From a virus: a stretch of 64,000 nt of DNA. Positions 48,198-57,373 of the stretch are shown one piece after another. The notes beneath the pieces are model-generated. The model had not been told where the DNA came from, searched no databases, and saw only the letters and a list, made by a program, of their open reading frames with translations. The position numbers and the translations under genes are program-made. The DNA lies in the IMG/VR virus record IMGVR_UViG_3300032236_001259, positions 6,940 through 70,939 of that record. The stretch is one strand, 5' to 3'. Numbering within the stretch: position 1 is the first letter of the stretch; every line of letters begins with the position of its first letter.

Positions 48198-50822
48198 ATG
48201 TATAAAAAATTCCCTTGCTATTACCCAGGCGATTTTAACCCGCCTACTAAATTTCATATTAATACTGTCGAATGGTTGTTAAATAGACCTGAGATAGGGC
48301 ATGTTTATGTAGTCCTAGGTAATCACGATAAAAACCAATTATATCAGGATAAAAAGGCGAAATTATGGGAAATGCTAATAAAATCGTCTTTTTCTCCTAA
48401 TGTATCTGTAATAAAATCAGTTAAACACCATCAGATAAAGGAGATAAAAAACCATATTGGAAAGAAAAAAGAAACTCCTTTTTATATTGCATTAGACGAA
48501 GGATTAGCAAAAAGTCTAGAATTGCAAAAACATTTTGATGAATTTCCAAATTATTCAATGGAAATCATACCTTCTCAATTTAAGAAATCATCTGATAGCA
48601 TGATTAAAGCCGTTGTAGATGATGATAAAAGAAAAGTAAAATCTCTATTACCAGACACTTTTAATGATCAAAGTGTTAAAGATTATATTGAGATTTTGAA
48701 GAATCAGGATGATCCCGAATCACCTCAAGAACGCTCCCCATATATTGATTACAAACAAAAATATATAAATAAATTTAACGACGGATTCTGGAGTAATGTT
48801 TTTGAACACGTGGCAAATAGCATTTCTATAAACGAATCATTAGACGAAGACATAAAAGCAGGAACTTTTACAGCATATCATAGAACTCAGATAGATGATC
48901 CAAAAAAGTTTAATCTAGGATTTAAAACGGGTGGAGGTGCTGGGGCCATGTATGGCCCAGGTATATATTTAACTTATGAATTAAAAGATCAGTTGAAAGA
49001 TGGAATGAAAGCATATGGTCCAACCATAGTAGAATATGAAATAAAAAATAATAATAAGTTTTTAATATTTGATAAAGATCAAGCTAAAAAAGTATTTGGT
49101 AGCGATATATCTTTAATAGGTCAATTGAAAAAAATATTGAGTGGAAATTTTTTAAAATTTTATAAAGATAATAAAGAAGAAATAGATAAATTGAATAGTT
49201 TGTTTAGAGGAAATAAATATGATTATAGTTCTGAAATAGCTTATCCTATATCAAAAATACCCAACATAGAAAAATATGTAGATGGTATGATATTTACTGG
49301 AAGACAAGATGCTAGAGTTCTAGCTTTATATAATACTAATATAGGTAATCCTATTAGATATAGCAAGGACGATGCTAAGTCTTGGAATAGCATGAAAAAT
49401 AAATCTTCCTATAAAATAGGAAGAGACGAGAGAGGCGATTCAAAAAAGTTAAATTTTTTGAATATCGCTAATAGAGGAGATTTTAAAGATTTATCAAATG
49501 AAGAAAAGAAAAAATATGTAGAAAAAATAATAGAAAAGGGCTATGTCTTACCCGACAAACAATTCGAATATGTACCAGACGATTTAAAGAAAAAATATAT
49601 AGAAAGAGTAATAGAAAATGGCTATCCCTTACCCGACAAACAATTCGAATATGCATCAGACGATCTAAAGAAAAAATATGTAGAAAAAAGAATAGAAAAT
49701 GGCAATCCCTTACCCGACAAAGAATTCGAATATGCATCAGACAATTTAAAGAAAAAATATATAGAAAGAGTAATAGAAAAGGGCTATGGCTTATCCGACA
49801 AACAATTCAAATATGCATCCGACGATCTAAAGAAATATTATATAGAAAAAAGAATAGAAAATGGCTATGAATTATCCGACAAACAATTCTATTCTTTATC
49901 AGACGATCTAAAGAAAAAATATGTAGAAAAAAGAATAGAAAATGGCTATCCCTTACCCGACAAACAATTCGAATATGTACCAGACGATCTAAAGAAAAAA
50001 TATGTAGAAAAAATAATAGAAAGGGGCTATGTCTTATTCGACAAACAATTCGAATATGTACCAGACGATTTAAAGAAAAAATATATAGAAAGAGTAATAG
50101 AAAATGGCTATCCCTTACCCGACAAACAATTCGAATATGTACCAGACGATCTAAAGAAAAAATATATAGAAAGAGTAATAGAAAATGGCAATCCCTTACC
50201 CGACAAACAAAAAGAATGGGCTGAGAAACATAATATAGAATTAAACGAATCGTTTAATTTCTCACAAATTTCAGATGATGAGAAAAAATTGATGTATAAG
50301 ATATTTAGCGATGCTTATAAAGCAACTACAGGTACATCTTGGGATGAAGAAAAATTCATGAGTAGAGCTAAGAATTGGGATTTTTATGGTGACGAAAAAG
50401 GGTATGTTGCAGTAAGAAGACAGTATTCAGGATATTCAAAATTAGTAGGTGTAGCAGGTAATTCTAAAAGTATATTAAATGGTCTTAATGAATTGGAGAA
50501 AGAAAACATACCAGTATGGGGTATGGTTTCTAAAGAAATACAAAAAATCATGAATAAAAAAGGTTATAAAACTCCAAATGCAATAGTTATGAATGTACTA
50601 TTAAGGTTAATACCGAAAAGTGTATTTGGTGGAGCTGATTATAAGATAAATCTTGATGGTAGTATAACTTTAGATTACGAAGATACTGGAAAAGCTACTA
50701 AATATTTTGTAGGAAATGATAGATATTTTGATGAATTGAAAAAACAAATAGCATCAGGTGCGCTAGATAAAATAGAAGGTATTAATAAAAAAACAATAGA
50801 AAATATAAAAAATTTCTTTTAA
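48198..50822 (+). CDS. Multidomain protein: nucleotidyltransferase-like, ADP-ribosyltransferase-like, 27-aa repeats, unknown C-terminal domain
   Basis: YPGDFNPPTKFH (degenerate HIGH); AYHRT...YGPGIYLT; nine repeats. Confidence 0.6.
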   Translation: MYKKFPCYYPGDFNPPTKFHINTVEWLLNRPEIGHVYVVLGNHDKNQLYQDKKAKLWEMLIKSSFSPNVSVIKSVKHHQIKEIKNHIGKKKETPFYIALDEGLAKSLELQKHFDEFPNYSMEIIPSQFKKSSDSMIKAVVDDDKRKVKSLLPDTFNDQSVKDYIEILKNQDDPESPQERSPYIDYKQKYINKFNDGFWSNVFEHVANSISINESLDEDIKAGTFTAYHRTQIDDPKKFNLGFKTGGGAGAMYGPGIYLTYELKDQLKDGMKAYGPTIVEYEIKNNNKFLIFDKDQAKKVFGSDISLIGQLKKILSGNFLKFYKDNKEEIDKLNSLFRGNKYDYSSEIAYPISKIPNIEKYVDGMIFTGRQDARVLALYNTNIGNPIRYSKDDAKSWNSMKNKSSYKIGRDERGDSKKLNFLNIANRGDFKDLSNEEKKKYVEKIIEKGYVLPDKQFEYVPDDLKKKYIERVIENGYPLPDKQFEYASDDLKKKYVEKRIENGNPLPDKEFEYASDNLKKKYIERVIEKGYGLSDKQFKYASDDLKKYYIEKRIENGYELSDKQFYSLSDDLKKKYVEKRIENGYPLPDKQFEYVPDDLKKKYVEKIIERGYVLFDKQFEYVPDDLKKKYIERVIENGYPLPDKQFEYVPDDLKKKYIERVIENGNPLPDKQKEWAEKHNIELNESFNFSQISDDEKKLMYKIFSDAYKATTGTSWDEEKFMSRAKNWDFYGDEKGYVAVRRQYSGYSKLVGVAGNSKSILNGLNELEKENIPVWGMVSKEIQKIMNKKGYKTPNAIVMNVLLRLIPKSVFGGADYKINLDGSITLDYEDTGKATKYFVGNDRYFDELKKQIASGALDKIEGINKKTIENIKNFF
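49491..50219 (+). repeat. Nine tandem 81-bp (27-aa) coding repeats
   Basis: Consensus VPDDLKKKYIERVIENGYPLPDKQFEY. Confidence 0.92.
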
Positions 50823-50845
50823 TTAAAAAACTTATAAAATAAAAA

Positions 50846-51442
50846 ATGAAATTTACAGAATTATTAAAAGAATTACTATCCGAGTGCGATTGCAATGCTC
50901 CAAATTTATCTGAAGGTATGCAATACCATATAGATAATAAAATATCAATATCAGAAAATATATATCGCCCTTCATCTATAAAATATTTTGAGCTTTTTAA
51001 AGAAGCCAAAGAACTAAGTAAAAAAGGCCTTATTGAATTAACTGAAGAAGAAAATAAAATGCTGCTTAATACTGATCTTGGAGAATTCGGAATATACGAA
51101 GGAATTAAAGTACCTTTAGATTTCCCTATGAGTCAGGAACAATTGCTAGAGGCTAAAGCATCTAAGAAGAAACAACCTGCATTAAATCATCCTCATAGAG
51201 GTGGGTCAAAGAAATTCTACGTTTTTGTGCGTAAACCCGGGGGTGGTATTAAGAAAGTTTCATTTGGTGATACAACCGGATTGAAGGCTAAAATTAATGA
51301 TCCAAAGGCTCGTAAATCTTTTGCCGCTAGACATAAATGTGCTCAGGCTAAGGATAAAACCATGGCAAACTACTGGAGCTGCAGGCTTCCAAGATATGCA
51401 AAAATGTTAGGTATTAAATCAAATTTCACAGGATATTGGTAA
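50846..51442 (+). CDS. Putative internal head protein with conserved T4-like basic C-domain
   Basis: MKFTELLKE leader; KKVSFG...ARKSFAARHKC...YWSC. Confidence 0.6.
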   Translation: MKFTELLKELLSECDCNAPNLSEGMQYHIDNKISISENIYRPSSIKYFELFKEAKELSKKGLIELTEEENKMLLNTDLGEFGIYEGIKVPLDFPMSQEQLLEAKASKKKQPALNHPHRGGSKKFYVFVRKPGGGIKKVSFGDTTGLKAKINDPKARKSFAARHKCAQAKDKTMANYWSCRLPRYAKMLGIKSNFTGYW

Positions 51443-51446
51443 TATT

Positions 51447-51863
51447 ATGATAAAGTTAAGTAAATTATTATTAGAAATAGGAGACAATCCATACAAATTT
51501 TCTGCTCCTAGCATAGATGACGATGGAAATATTTTCTATAAATTTAGTACACCAGAACATAATTATTCAGTTGCTATTCAAGACAAAGAAGATGATAAAT
51601 ATGAATTGAATTTTAATACAGAAGAGGAAATGGGTGTAAATACTAATGAACAAGTTTCTATAAGAGTTCTTTCAACTGTAAAAGCTATTGCATTGGATTT
51701 TATAGAAAAAAATTCTCCAGAAGAATTATTATTTAGACCGATTAAAGGAGAAGATAAAAGAGAAAGAGTTTATAGATTATATATAAATAAAGAGATGCAT
51801 AATGTTCCAGATTATACTCTAATAGATAAATTTAATCTTTTTAGATTAGTAAAAAATAAATGA
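51447..51863 (+). CDS. Putative internal head protein
   Basis: MIKLSKLLLE leader. Confidence 0.55.
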   Translation: MIKLSKLLLEIGDNPYKFSAPSIDDDGNIFYKFSTPEHNYSVAIQDKEDDKYELNFNTEEEMGVNTNEQVSIRVLSTVKAIALDFIEKNSPEELLFRPIKGEDKRERVYRLYINKEMHNVPDYTLIDKFNLFRLVKNK

Positions 51864-52120
51864 TTAAACCATATACCGAAACATATTCAGATGGTTGGTA
51901 TGAAAGAGTTTTTAAAGCCGACGTTGAATCAGATGAATTAAAATGGCATAGAGATCAAGAAGATCGCTATATAGAGCCTGTAGGTTTCACCGATTGGATG
52001 ATTCAGGTTGAAAATGAATTGCCCATAAAAATACAAGGAACCTTATTTATTGGGAAATACCTATGGCATCGAGCAATTAAAGGTACCGGAGATTTAAAAA
52101 TAAGAATTAAAAAGATATGA
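51860..52120 (+). CDS. Cupin-like small protein
   Basis: WHRDQEDR ... WHRAIKG metal-binding pattern. Confidence 0.5.
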   Translation: MIKPYTETYSDGWYERVFKADVESDELKWHRDQEDRYIEPVGFTDWMIQVENELPIKIQGTLFIGKYLWHRAIKGTGDLKIRIKKI

Positions 52121-52272
52121 TAAAATTTATTGATATAATAAAAGAAATCAAAGATAAAATCATAAAATGTAAAAAATGCAAATGGGAATGGAAATTATCC
52201 GAGGGTGGTAAAGATCCATATGTTTGTCATAAATGCGGACACGACAATACAAAATATTATAAAAAACTATGA
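52117..52272 (+). CDS. 51-aa zinc-ribbon protein (not in the ORF track)
   Basis: MIKFIDIIKE...CKKC.W.W...CHKCG; coupled to neighbours at both ends. Confidence 0.6.
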   Translation: MIKFIDIIKEIKDKIIKCKKCKWEWKLSEGGKDPYVCHKCGHDNTKYYKKL

Positions 52273-52850
52273 TAAAATTTATTGATTTATTAAGAGAATT
52301 AGATGTTAAAGCGTTTGATAATGGTGATGATGAATATAACTATGATGATTATGATAAACATCATAAAATAACTCCTGAAACCATTAAAAAAATAAAATCT
52401 ACAGATAGAATAGTTTTAGGAACTGAGGATAAACTTGATTTTAATAGATCATTTCCACCATCAAGAATAGGAAGGAAACCTATAGGTTTATGGTATGGTT
52501 TTGGAACTGCATGGATAGATTTTATTAGGGCTGAGATGCCCGAAAGAGAAACACAGCATGTTTTTAAAATAGAAATAGAATATAATTCAATAGATATAAT
52601 TGATGTAGATAGAGAAAAAATGTTTTTATGGTTTTCAAAAAGATATAAAGATCCAGAAAAAGAAGGTAAATATGGTAATCATAAAATAGATTGGCCAGAA
52701 GTAACTAAAAAATATAAAGGAATAGAATTCCCAAAGTATTTTGATAAATTTAGATCTGATCCAGAACACTCGTGGTATAATACATGGGATGTAGAATGCG
52801 GTTGCATATGGGATACTTCTATTATAAAAAATGTAATTAAATTACAATAA
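52269..52850 (+). CDS. Putative internal head protein, possibly ART-like fold
   Basis: MIKFIDLLRE leader; KPIGLWY...YKGI...WDVECGCIW. Confidence 0.5.
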   Translation: MIKFIDLLRELDVKAFDNGDDEYNYDDYDKHHKITPETIKKIKSTDRIVLGTEDKLDFNRSFPPSRIGRKPIGLWYGFGTAWIDFIRAEMPERETQHVFKIEIEYNSIDIIDVDREKMFLWFSKRYKDPEKEGKYGNHKIDWPEVTKKYKGIEFPKYFDKFRSDPEHSWYNTWDVECGCIWDTSIIKNVIKLQ

Positions 52851-52860
52851 AAACATAGTT

Positions 52861-53436
52861 ATGGCAGAGACGCTACTGAAAAAAGAATTTAGAGAAAGAG
52901 ATGTTAACCGTTTAAGAAACATCTTAACCAAAAAACACGGTAATGCTACCGGTATTCAAGTTGGATATCAAAAGAAAGAAGAAGATTACAAAGAAGGTGA
53001 TGTTTGGGAAGAAAATGGTAAAATGTGGACTATTAAGAAAGGATTAAAACAGACTGTTACTAAATTAGATGACATAAAAAAAGCAATTAGAATGCCTTTA
53101 GTTTGTCCTAATTGCGGTCATCCTATGAAAAATAGATTGGATAAAAAAATGTATCCAATACATGATATGTGTTTTGATTGTGTTGTGAAAATGGAAACCA
53201 AATTGAAGATCGAAGGAAGATACGAAGAGTATGCTAAAAATATGGTTACTAAAAATATCATAACATATATCGAAGAAGCTGAACAGTTTATCGATGATTT
53301 CATAAAATCAGGAGGACCAACTTATGTTACCGAACAAGGTGATGTTGAAGATTGGGAAGGCGGAATGGATAAACAAAAAATATCCAATGAAATGAAAAAA
53401 GGTTTACAGGAACTAAAAGAAAAGCTAGAAAAATAG
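52861..53436 (+). CDS. Zn-finger-containing late protein
   Basis: CPNC ... CFDC. Confidence 0.6.
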   Translation: MAETLLKKEFRERDVNRLRNILTKKHGNATGIQVGYQKKEEDYKEGDVWEENGKMWTIKKGLKQTVTKLDDIKKAIRMPLVCPNCGHPMKNRLDKKMYPIHDMCFDCVVKMETKLKIEGRYEEYAKNMVTKNIITYIEEAEQFIDDFIKSGGPTYVTEQGDVEDWEGGMDKQKISNEMKKGLQELKEKLEK

Positions 53437-53470
53437 ATATTTATAGATATAACTTTTTAAAATAAATACA

Positions 53471-54133
53471 ATGAACTTAAAGTCTATTCTAAAAAACTCA
53501 ATTTTAACTGAAGCTAAAGAAATAAAAGCAAAAGTTAAACCGTCTTCTGGTCTTACAAAGAAGCAAAAATCATCAGTAGCTAAAAAAGCCAAAGCGGGTA
53601 AAGATATAGGCCACGGTGGATTTGAAAAATTAGCAAAAAAAGCTGCAAAAGAATACGGTAGTAAAGAATCCGGTAGAAAAGTAGCCGCTGCAGCAATGTG
53701 GAAAAACATTAAAAGAAAGTCTATAAAAGAAAATCATGGCGGTGACTATACCGCTAGCATGCTAAGACATGAATTGAGCCAGATTATTAGATTATCAGCT
53801 TTTATTCACGATCAAATGGAAGACGGAAAAGAAGTTGCTCCATGGATTTTTGATCATTTAACTCGCGCAAACGAACTTATTACTCAAGTTGGAACCCATG
53901 TAATGGGTGAAGAAGAAAGCGGATCCAGTTCTACATGGGAAGATGAAACTTCTACTCCAGAAAAAATAATGAAAATCGAGCCTGTATTAGAAAGAAAACT
54001 AACAAAATCCGAAAAAAGTAAAGAAGAGGAAATAATAAAAGCAATAGCAAAAAAGAAAGGCGGTAAAGATAAATTAAAAGGAAAAGATTATGCTATAGCT
54101 ACAGCTCAAGCTAAAAAATCAGCTAAAAAATAA
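53471..54133 (+). CDS. Basic putative internal head protein
   Basis: Lys-rich modules separated by xxE sites (LTE, IKE, VLE); late motif at 53437. Confidence 0.55.
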   Translation: MNLKSILKNSILTEAKEIKAKVKPSSGLTKKQKSSVAKKAKAGKDIGHGGFEKLAKKAAKEYGSKESGRKVAAAAMWKNIKRKSIKENHGGDYTASMLRHELSQIIRLSAFIHDQMEDGKEVAPWIFDHLTRANELITQVGTHVMGEEESGSSSTWEDETSTPEKIMKIEPVLERKLTKSEKSKEEEIIKAIAKKKGGKDKLKGKDYAIATAQAKKSAKK

Positions 54134-54408
54134 TGAAATTTAAAGATATATTAAAAGAAGTTTTAACTGAAAAAGTAAAAGCTGAAAAATTAAAAACAGG
54201 CCAGAAAGTTCCTGGTAAGTATCTTACCAAGGACAAATCGGCAATGAAGAAGGAGATTTCAAGAGTCAAAAAACTTAAATCAAACGATCCTTCAGCTTAT
54301 GGCAAATGGGAAGCTGATTATGAAGATAAAGATAAAACTAAAAAGTATAAGACTAAAAAATCAGCAGCAACAATAGCATTTCAGAAAAAATATAGTAAAA
54401 AGAAATAA
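54133..54408 (+). CDS. Basic putative internal head protein
   Basis: MKFKDILKE leader. Confidence 0.55.
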   Translation: MKFKDILKEVLTEKVKAEKLKTGQKVPGKYLTKDKSAMKKEISRVKKLKSNDPSAYGKWEADYEDKDKTKKYKTKKSAATIAFQKKYSKKK

Positions 54409-54409
54409 A

Positions 54410-54664
54410 ATGGTAAAATTTTCAAAACTTATAGAAAATAAAGAAAAAGAAGAAGCTCATGTTTCTTTTGAATTTGCCGAAGGTTTTAAACCAGCAAAAA
54501 AAGTTCCTAAAGGTGGTGCCATGTGCGCCAACTGTGCTAAATGGAACGATGAAAAAAAAGTTTGTGAAGGGCCTTATTACATAAAATGGCACGGTAACGG
54601 AGAAATACCCGCATCAGCAACAGAATATGTTTGTGTTTGGTGGGTTCCAGAAAAACATAAATAA
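54410..54664 (+). CDS. HiPIP-like four-Cys protein
   Basis: CANC...C...CVWW; MVKFSKLIE leader. Confidence 0.45.
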   Translation: MVKFSKLIENKEKEEAHVSFEFAEGFKPAKKVPKGGAMCANCAKWNDEKKVCEGPYYIKWHGNGEIPASATEYVCVWWVPEKHK

Positions 54665-54780
54665 TGATAAAACATAAACATCACATAATACCTAAACATT
54701 CAGGTGGTGATTATATAAAAGGTAGAAATCCAAAATATTCACAAGGAAATATTAATAATTTAAAACAATATAGAAAATGA
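54664..54780 (+). pseudogene. HNH homing endonuclease remnant
   Basis: 38-aa ORF MIKHKHHIIPKHSGG-DYIKGR lacking the rest of the HNH motif. Confidence 0.5.
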
Positions 54781-55055
54781 AATTTATTAATATAATAAAG
54801 GAAATATTATTGGAAATAAAAAAAGATTCATCTGTGGATAAAGCAATTGAAAATAAAGCTAAGAAAACAGGAGTATCAAAGAAAATATTAAAATCCGTAT
54901 ACTCAAGAGGTGCGCATGCTTGGAAATCGGGCCACAGGCCAGGGGTACCTCAACACCAATGGGCAATGGGAAGAGTCAATTCATTCTTAACAGGAAAGGG
55001 TGGAGCTAGAAAAGCCGATTCTGATCTCTGGAAAAAGACCAAAAAGAAAAAATGA
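54777..55055 (+). CDS. Basic putative internal head protein (DUF5824-like)
   Basis: MKFINIIKE leader; VYSRGAHAW.SGHRPG...QWAMGRVNSF. Confidence 0.55.
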   Translation: MKFINIIKEILLEIKKDSSVDKAIENKAKKTGVSKKILKSVYSRGAHAWKSGHRPGVPQHQWAMGRVNSFLTGKGGARKADSDLWKKTKKKK

Positions 55056-55663
55056 CATCAATAGAAGTTGCAATTGCGATAGGAACCGCAGTATTATCAT
55101 CTATAGTTGGACCAATAGCGGTTCATTATGTGACATTGCTTACAGATAAAAAGAAAAAAGAGACTTTAGATCAGTATATTGAATCAAATGAATTGGTTAA
55201 TGAAAAAATTGAATCGGTAAGAAATGATATTAATGCTGATAGAATATGGATTCTTCAATTTCATAACGGAGGTCATTTTTATCCAACTGGAAAGTCTATA
55301 CAAAAGTTCAGCATGGTATATGAAGTTCTTAGAACTGGAGTGATACCGTGTCAGCACCAATTTCAAAACATTCCAGTAAGTTTATTTAGCAAAGGAATAA
55401 ATACTTTATGTAAAGGTAAAGTAATATGCATCAAAGATACCTCGGTTGAAGAAAAACAATATGAAGGTATAACATCAGTTGTACCAGGTGCTAACGTTAA
55501 AAGCACATATATTTTTCCAATTTACGATATAAAAAACAATTTCATTGCAATAGTTGGTATAGATTTTACAGACAAGGTTGTAGATCTTGATATTTCCCAA
55601 TTAACTGATATCGAAATAGATATATCCGCAATAGGTGGAGTTCTTCACGATTATTTAAGTTAA
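55052..55663 (+). CDS. Putative holin, T4 gpT-like (TM plus GAF domain)
   Basis: N-terminal TM then ADRIWILQFHNG...YIFPI...IVGIDF GAF-like pattern. Confidence 0.5.
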   Translation: MTSIEVAIAIGTAVLSSIVGPIAVHYVTLLTDKKKKETLDQYIESNELVNEKIESVRNDINADRIWILQFHNGGHFYPTGKSIQKFSMVYEVLRTGVIPCQHQFQNIPVSLFSKGINTLCKGKVICIKDTSVEEKQYEGITSVVPGANVKSTYIFPIYDIKNNFIAIVGIDFTDKVVDLDISQLTDIEIDISAIGGVLHDYLS

Positions 55664-55685
55664 AAAATTATATATTTATTTATAT

Positions 55686-56252
55686 ATGAAAACTAATTTT
55701 TACGAAATATTTAGAGATAAATTGGCTGAAGAGGAAGTAAAAACTCCTATTTATTCTGAATCCGATTTAGAAAAAATACTTGATAAACCAAATAATAAGG
55801 TAACTAAAGTATTGAATTATTTGATGTCGGGTACTGATAAATTCAATGAGGAATCTAAAAAAAGATTAAGAGAAGTAATTTCTGATCTACGATGCATTTC
55901 ATATAAACCTACTACATTTAGAGTTGTTATACCAAATGGTAATTTTTTCGATTTAAAATACGATCCTACACCTTTACAATTAAAATATCCAGAAGATTTT
56001 AAAGCTAAAGATTACTTTTATGTAACGGTTAGTGGTAAAAAATTTGATTTAGCAAATCAATCAGAAATAGATAGTGCTATAGAATATATTAATATTCTTT
56101 TAAGAACATCACCGGTGGGTAAACCGCCTGAATCAGAGAAAGAACCTAAAACAGGCCCAGAAGCTCCGGTAGAAGAACCGGGAGCAGAAAAACCTGAAGG
56201 AGAAGAAGCACCAGAAGAAACGCCAGAACAAACACCAGAAGAAACAAAATAA
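55686..56252 (+). CDS. Hypothetical late protein with acidic Pro/Glu tail
   Basis: 188-aa ORF; late motif at 55672. Confidence 0.55.
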   Translation: MKTNFYEIFRDKLAEEEVKTPIYSESDLEKILDKPNNKVTKVLNYLMSGTDKFNEESKKRLREVISDLRCISYKPTTFRVVIPNGNFFDLKYDPTPLQLKYPEDFKAKDYFYVTVSGKKFDLANQSEIDSAIEYINILLRTSPVGKPPESEKEPKTGPEAPVEEPGAEKPEGEEAPEETPEQTPEETK

Positions 56253-56686
56253 TGGAATTAGATAGATATAAAAAAATTAAGAGAAACGTAGAAATATCAG
56301 GGCATAATATAGTGCCTTTTCTTGCTAGTATATGTGATTATTTTGAAAGTAATGGGATAGAAATATCACCTTTACCCAAAGTAAACATATCTGCAACTGA
56401 AGAATATATGACTGATCCTTTTGGAAAAACTGCTTTTTATGATCCTTTAGAAAATTCTATAACTTTATTTGTAGCAGGTAGACATATTAAAGATATTTTA
56501 CGTAGCTTTGCTCACGAACTTATTCATCATAATCAATTTCTTACCGGAATGTTTGATGAAAGACATTTATCCGGTTTAGATGATCCTAGATATGCCGAAA
56601 AAGATGAACATCTTAAAAAAATGGAAGAAGATGCTTATCTTAGAGGTAATATGATGTTTAGATCTTGGGAAGATTCTATAAAATAA
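56252..56686 (+). CDS. Zincin-like metallopeptidase
   Basis: SFAHELIHHNQ (HExxH) and MEEDAY. Confidence 0.75.
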   Translation: MELDRYKKIKRNVEISGHNIVPFLASICDYFESNGIEISPLPKVNISATEEYMTDPFGKTAFYDPLENSITLFVAGRHIKDILRSFAHELIHHNQFLTGMFDERHLSGLDDPRYAEKDEHLKKMEEDAYLRGNMMFRSWEDSIK

Positions 56687-57045
56687 TTTATATGAAAAAA
56701 ACAATTATTAAAATAATTTTACTTATTTTTGTCTTAGGTGGTGTTTATTATTTTCTTAATGTTAATGGATTTTCTTTTAATAAAAAAGAATTTAAACAAC
56801 AAATTGATAGTTTAAACAGTCAAATAAATTTAAGAGACGACACTATTAAGATGAAAGAACAAGAAATTAATGTATTTGAAAATGTTATTGAAAATTCACA
56901 GAAATCAATAGATAAAAATAATAACAAAATAAATGAGATTCACGAAACCTACAAAATACAAGTTCAGAACATTGATAGTTATGATGTTCTTAACCTTGAA
57001 AAGTTTTTCTCAGATCGTTACGCAGACTCAACAGATACCAAATAA
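56665..57045 (+). CDS. Membrane-anchored coiled-coil protein (spanin-like?)
   Basis: N-terminal TM plus coiled coil; overlaps the next gene. Confidence 0.4.
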   Translation: MGRFYKIIYMKKTIIKIILLIFVLGGVYYFLNVNGFSFNKKEFKQQIDSLNSQINLRDDTIKMKEQEINVFENVIENSQKSIDKNNNKINEIHETYKIQVQNIDSYDVLNLEKFFSDRYADSTDTK

Positions 57046-57373
57046 CGATACTGTAAAGATTCATATCAACGTTGCTAAAAAAATAGCAAAGGATTTACTG
57101 TATCTTGATGCCTTAAAACAAGAAAGACTTTTATTATTGGAAAATATTGATACCATTACGTTTCAAAAAGTAATGAAAGATTCTATCATATCTAAAAAAG
57201 ACGATCAGATAGGATTATATAAAGCTAATATAGAACTTTATAAAGAAAAAGAAAGTTTATATTCAAAATCTTTAAATTTATTACAAGCGGATTTAGCTAA
57301 ACAGAAGATAAGAAATAAATTAAGTTTTTTATCTATAGCAGCTTTAGCGATATATATCTTTGTTCATAAATAA
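56933..57373 (+). CDS. Secreted/membrane coiled-coil protein (spanin partner-like?)
   Basis: Signal-like N-terminus, C-terminal hydrophobic segment, overlapping frame. Confidence 0.4.
   Translation: MRFTKPTKYKFRTLIVMMFLTLKSFSQIVTQTQQIPNNDTVKIHINVAKKIAKDLLYLDALKQERLLLLENIDTITFQKVMKDSIISKKDDQIGLYKANIELYKEKESLYSKSLNLLQADLAKQKIRNKLSFLSIAALAIYIFVHK

Noticed and set aside
49491-50219. 81-bp repeats as a non-coding array
   Set aside because: They are in frame within an 874-aa ORF and have no spacers
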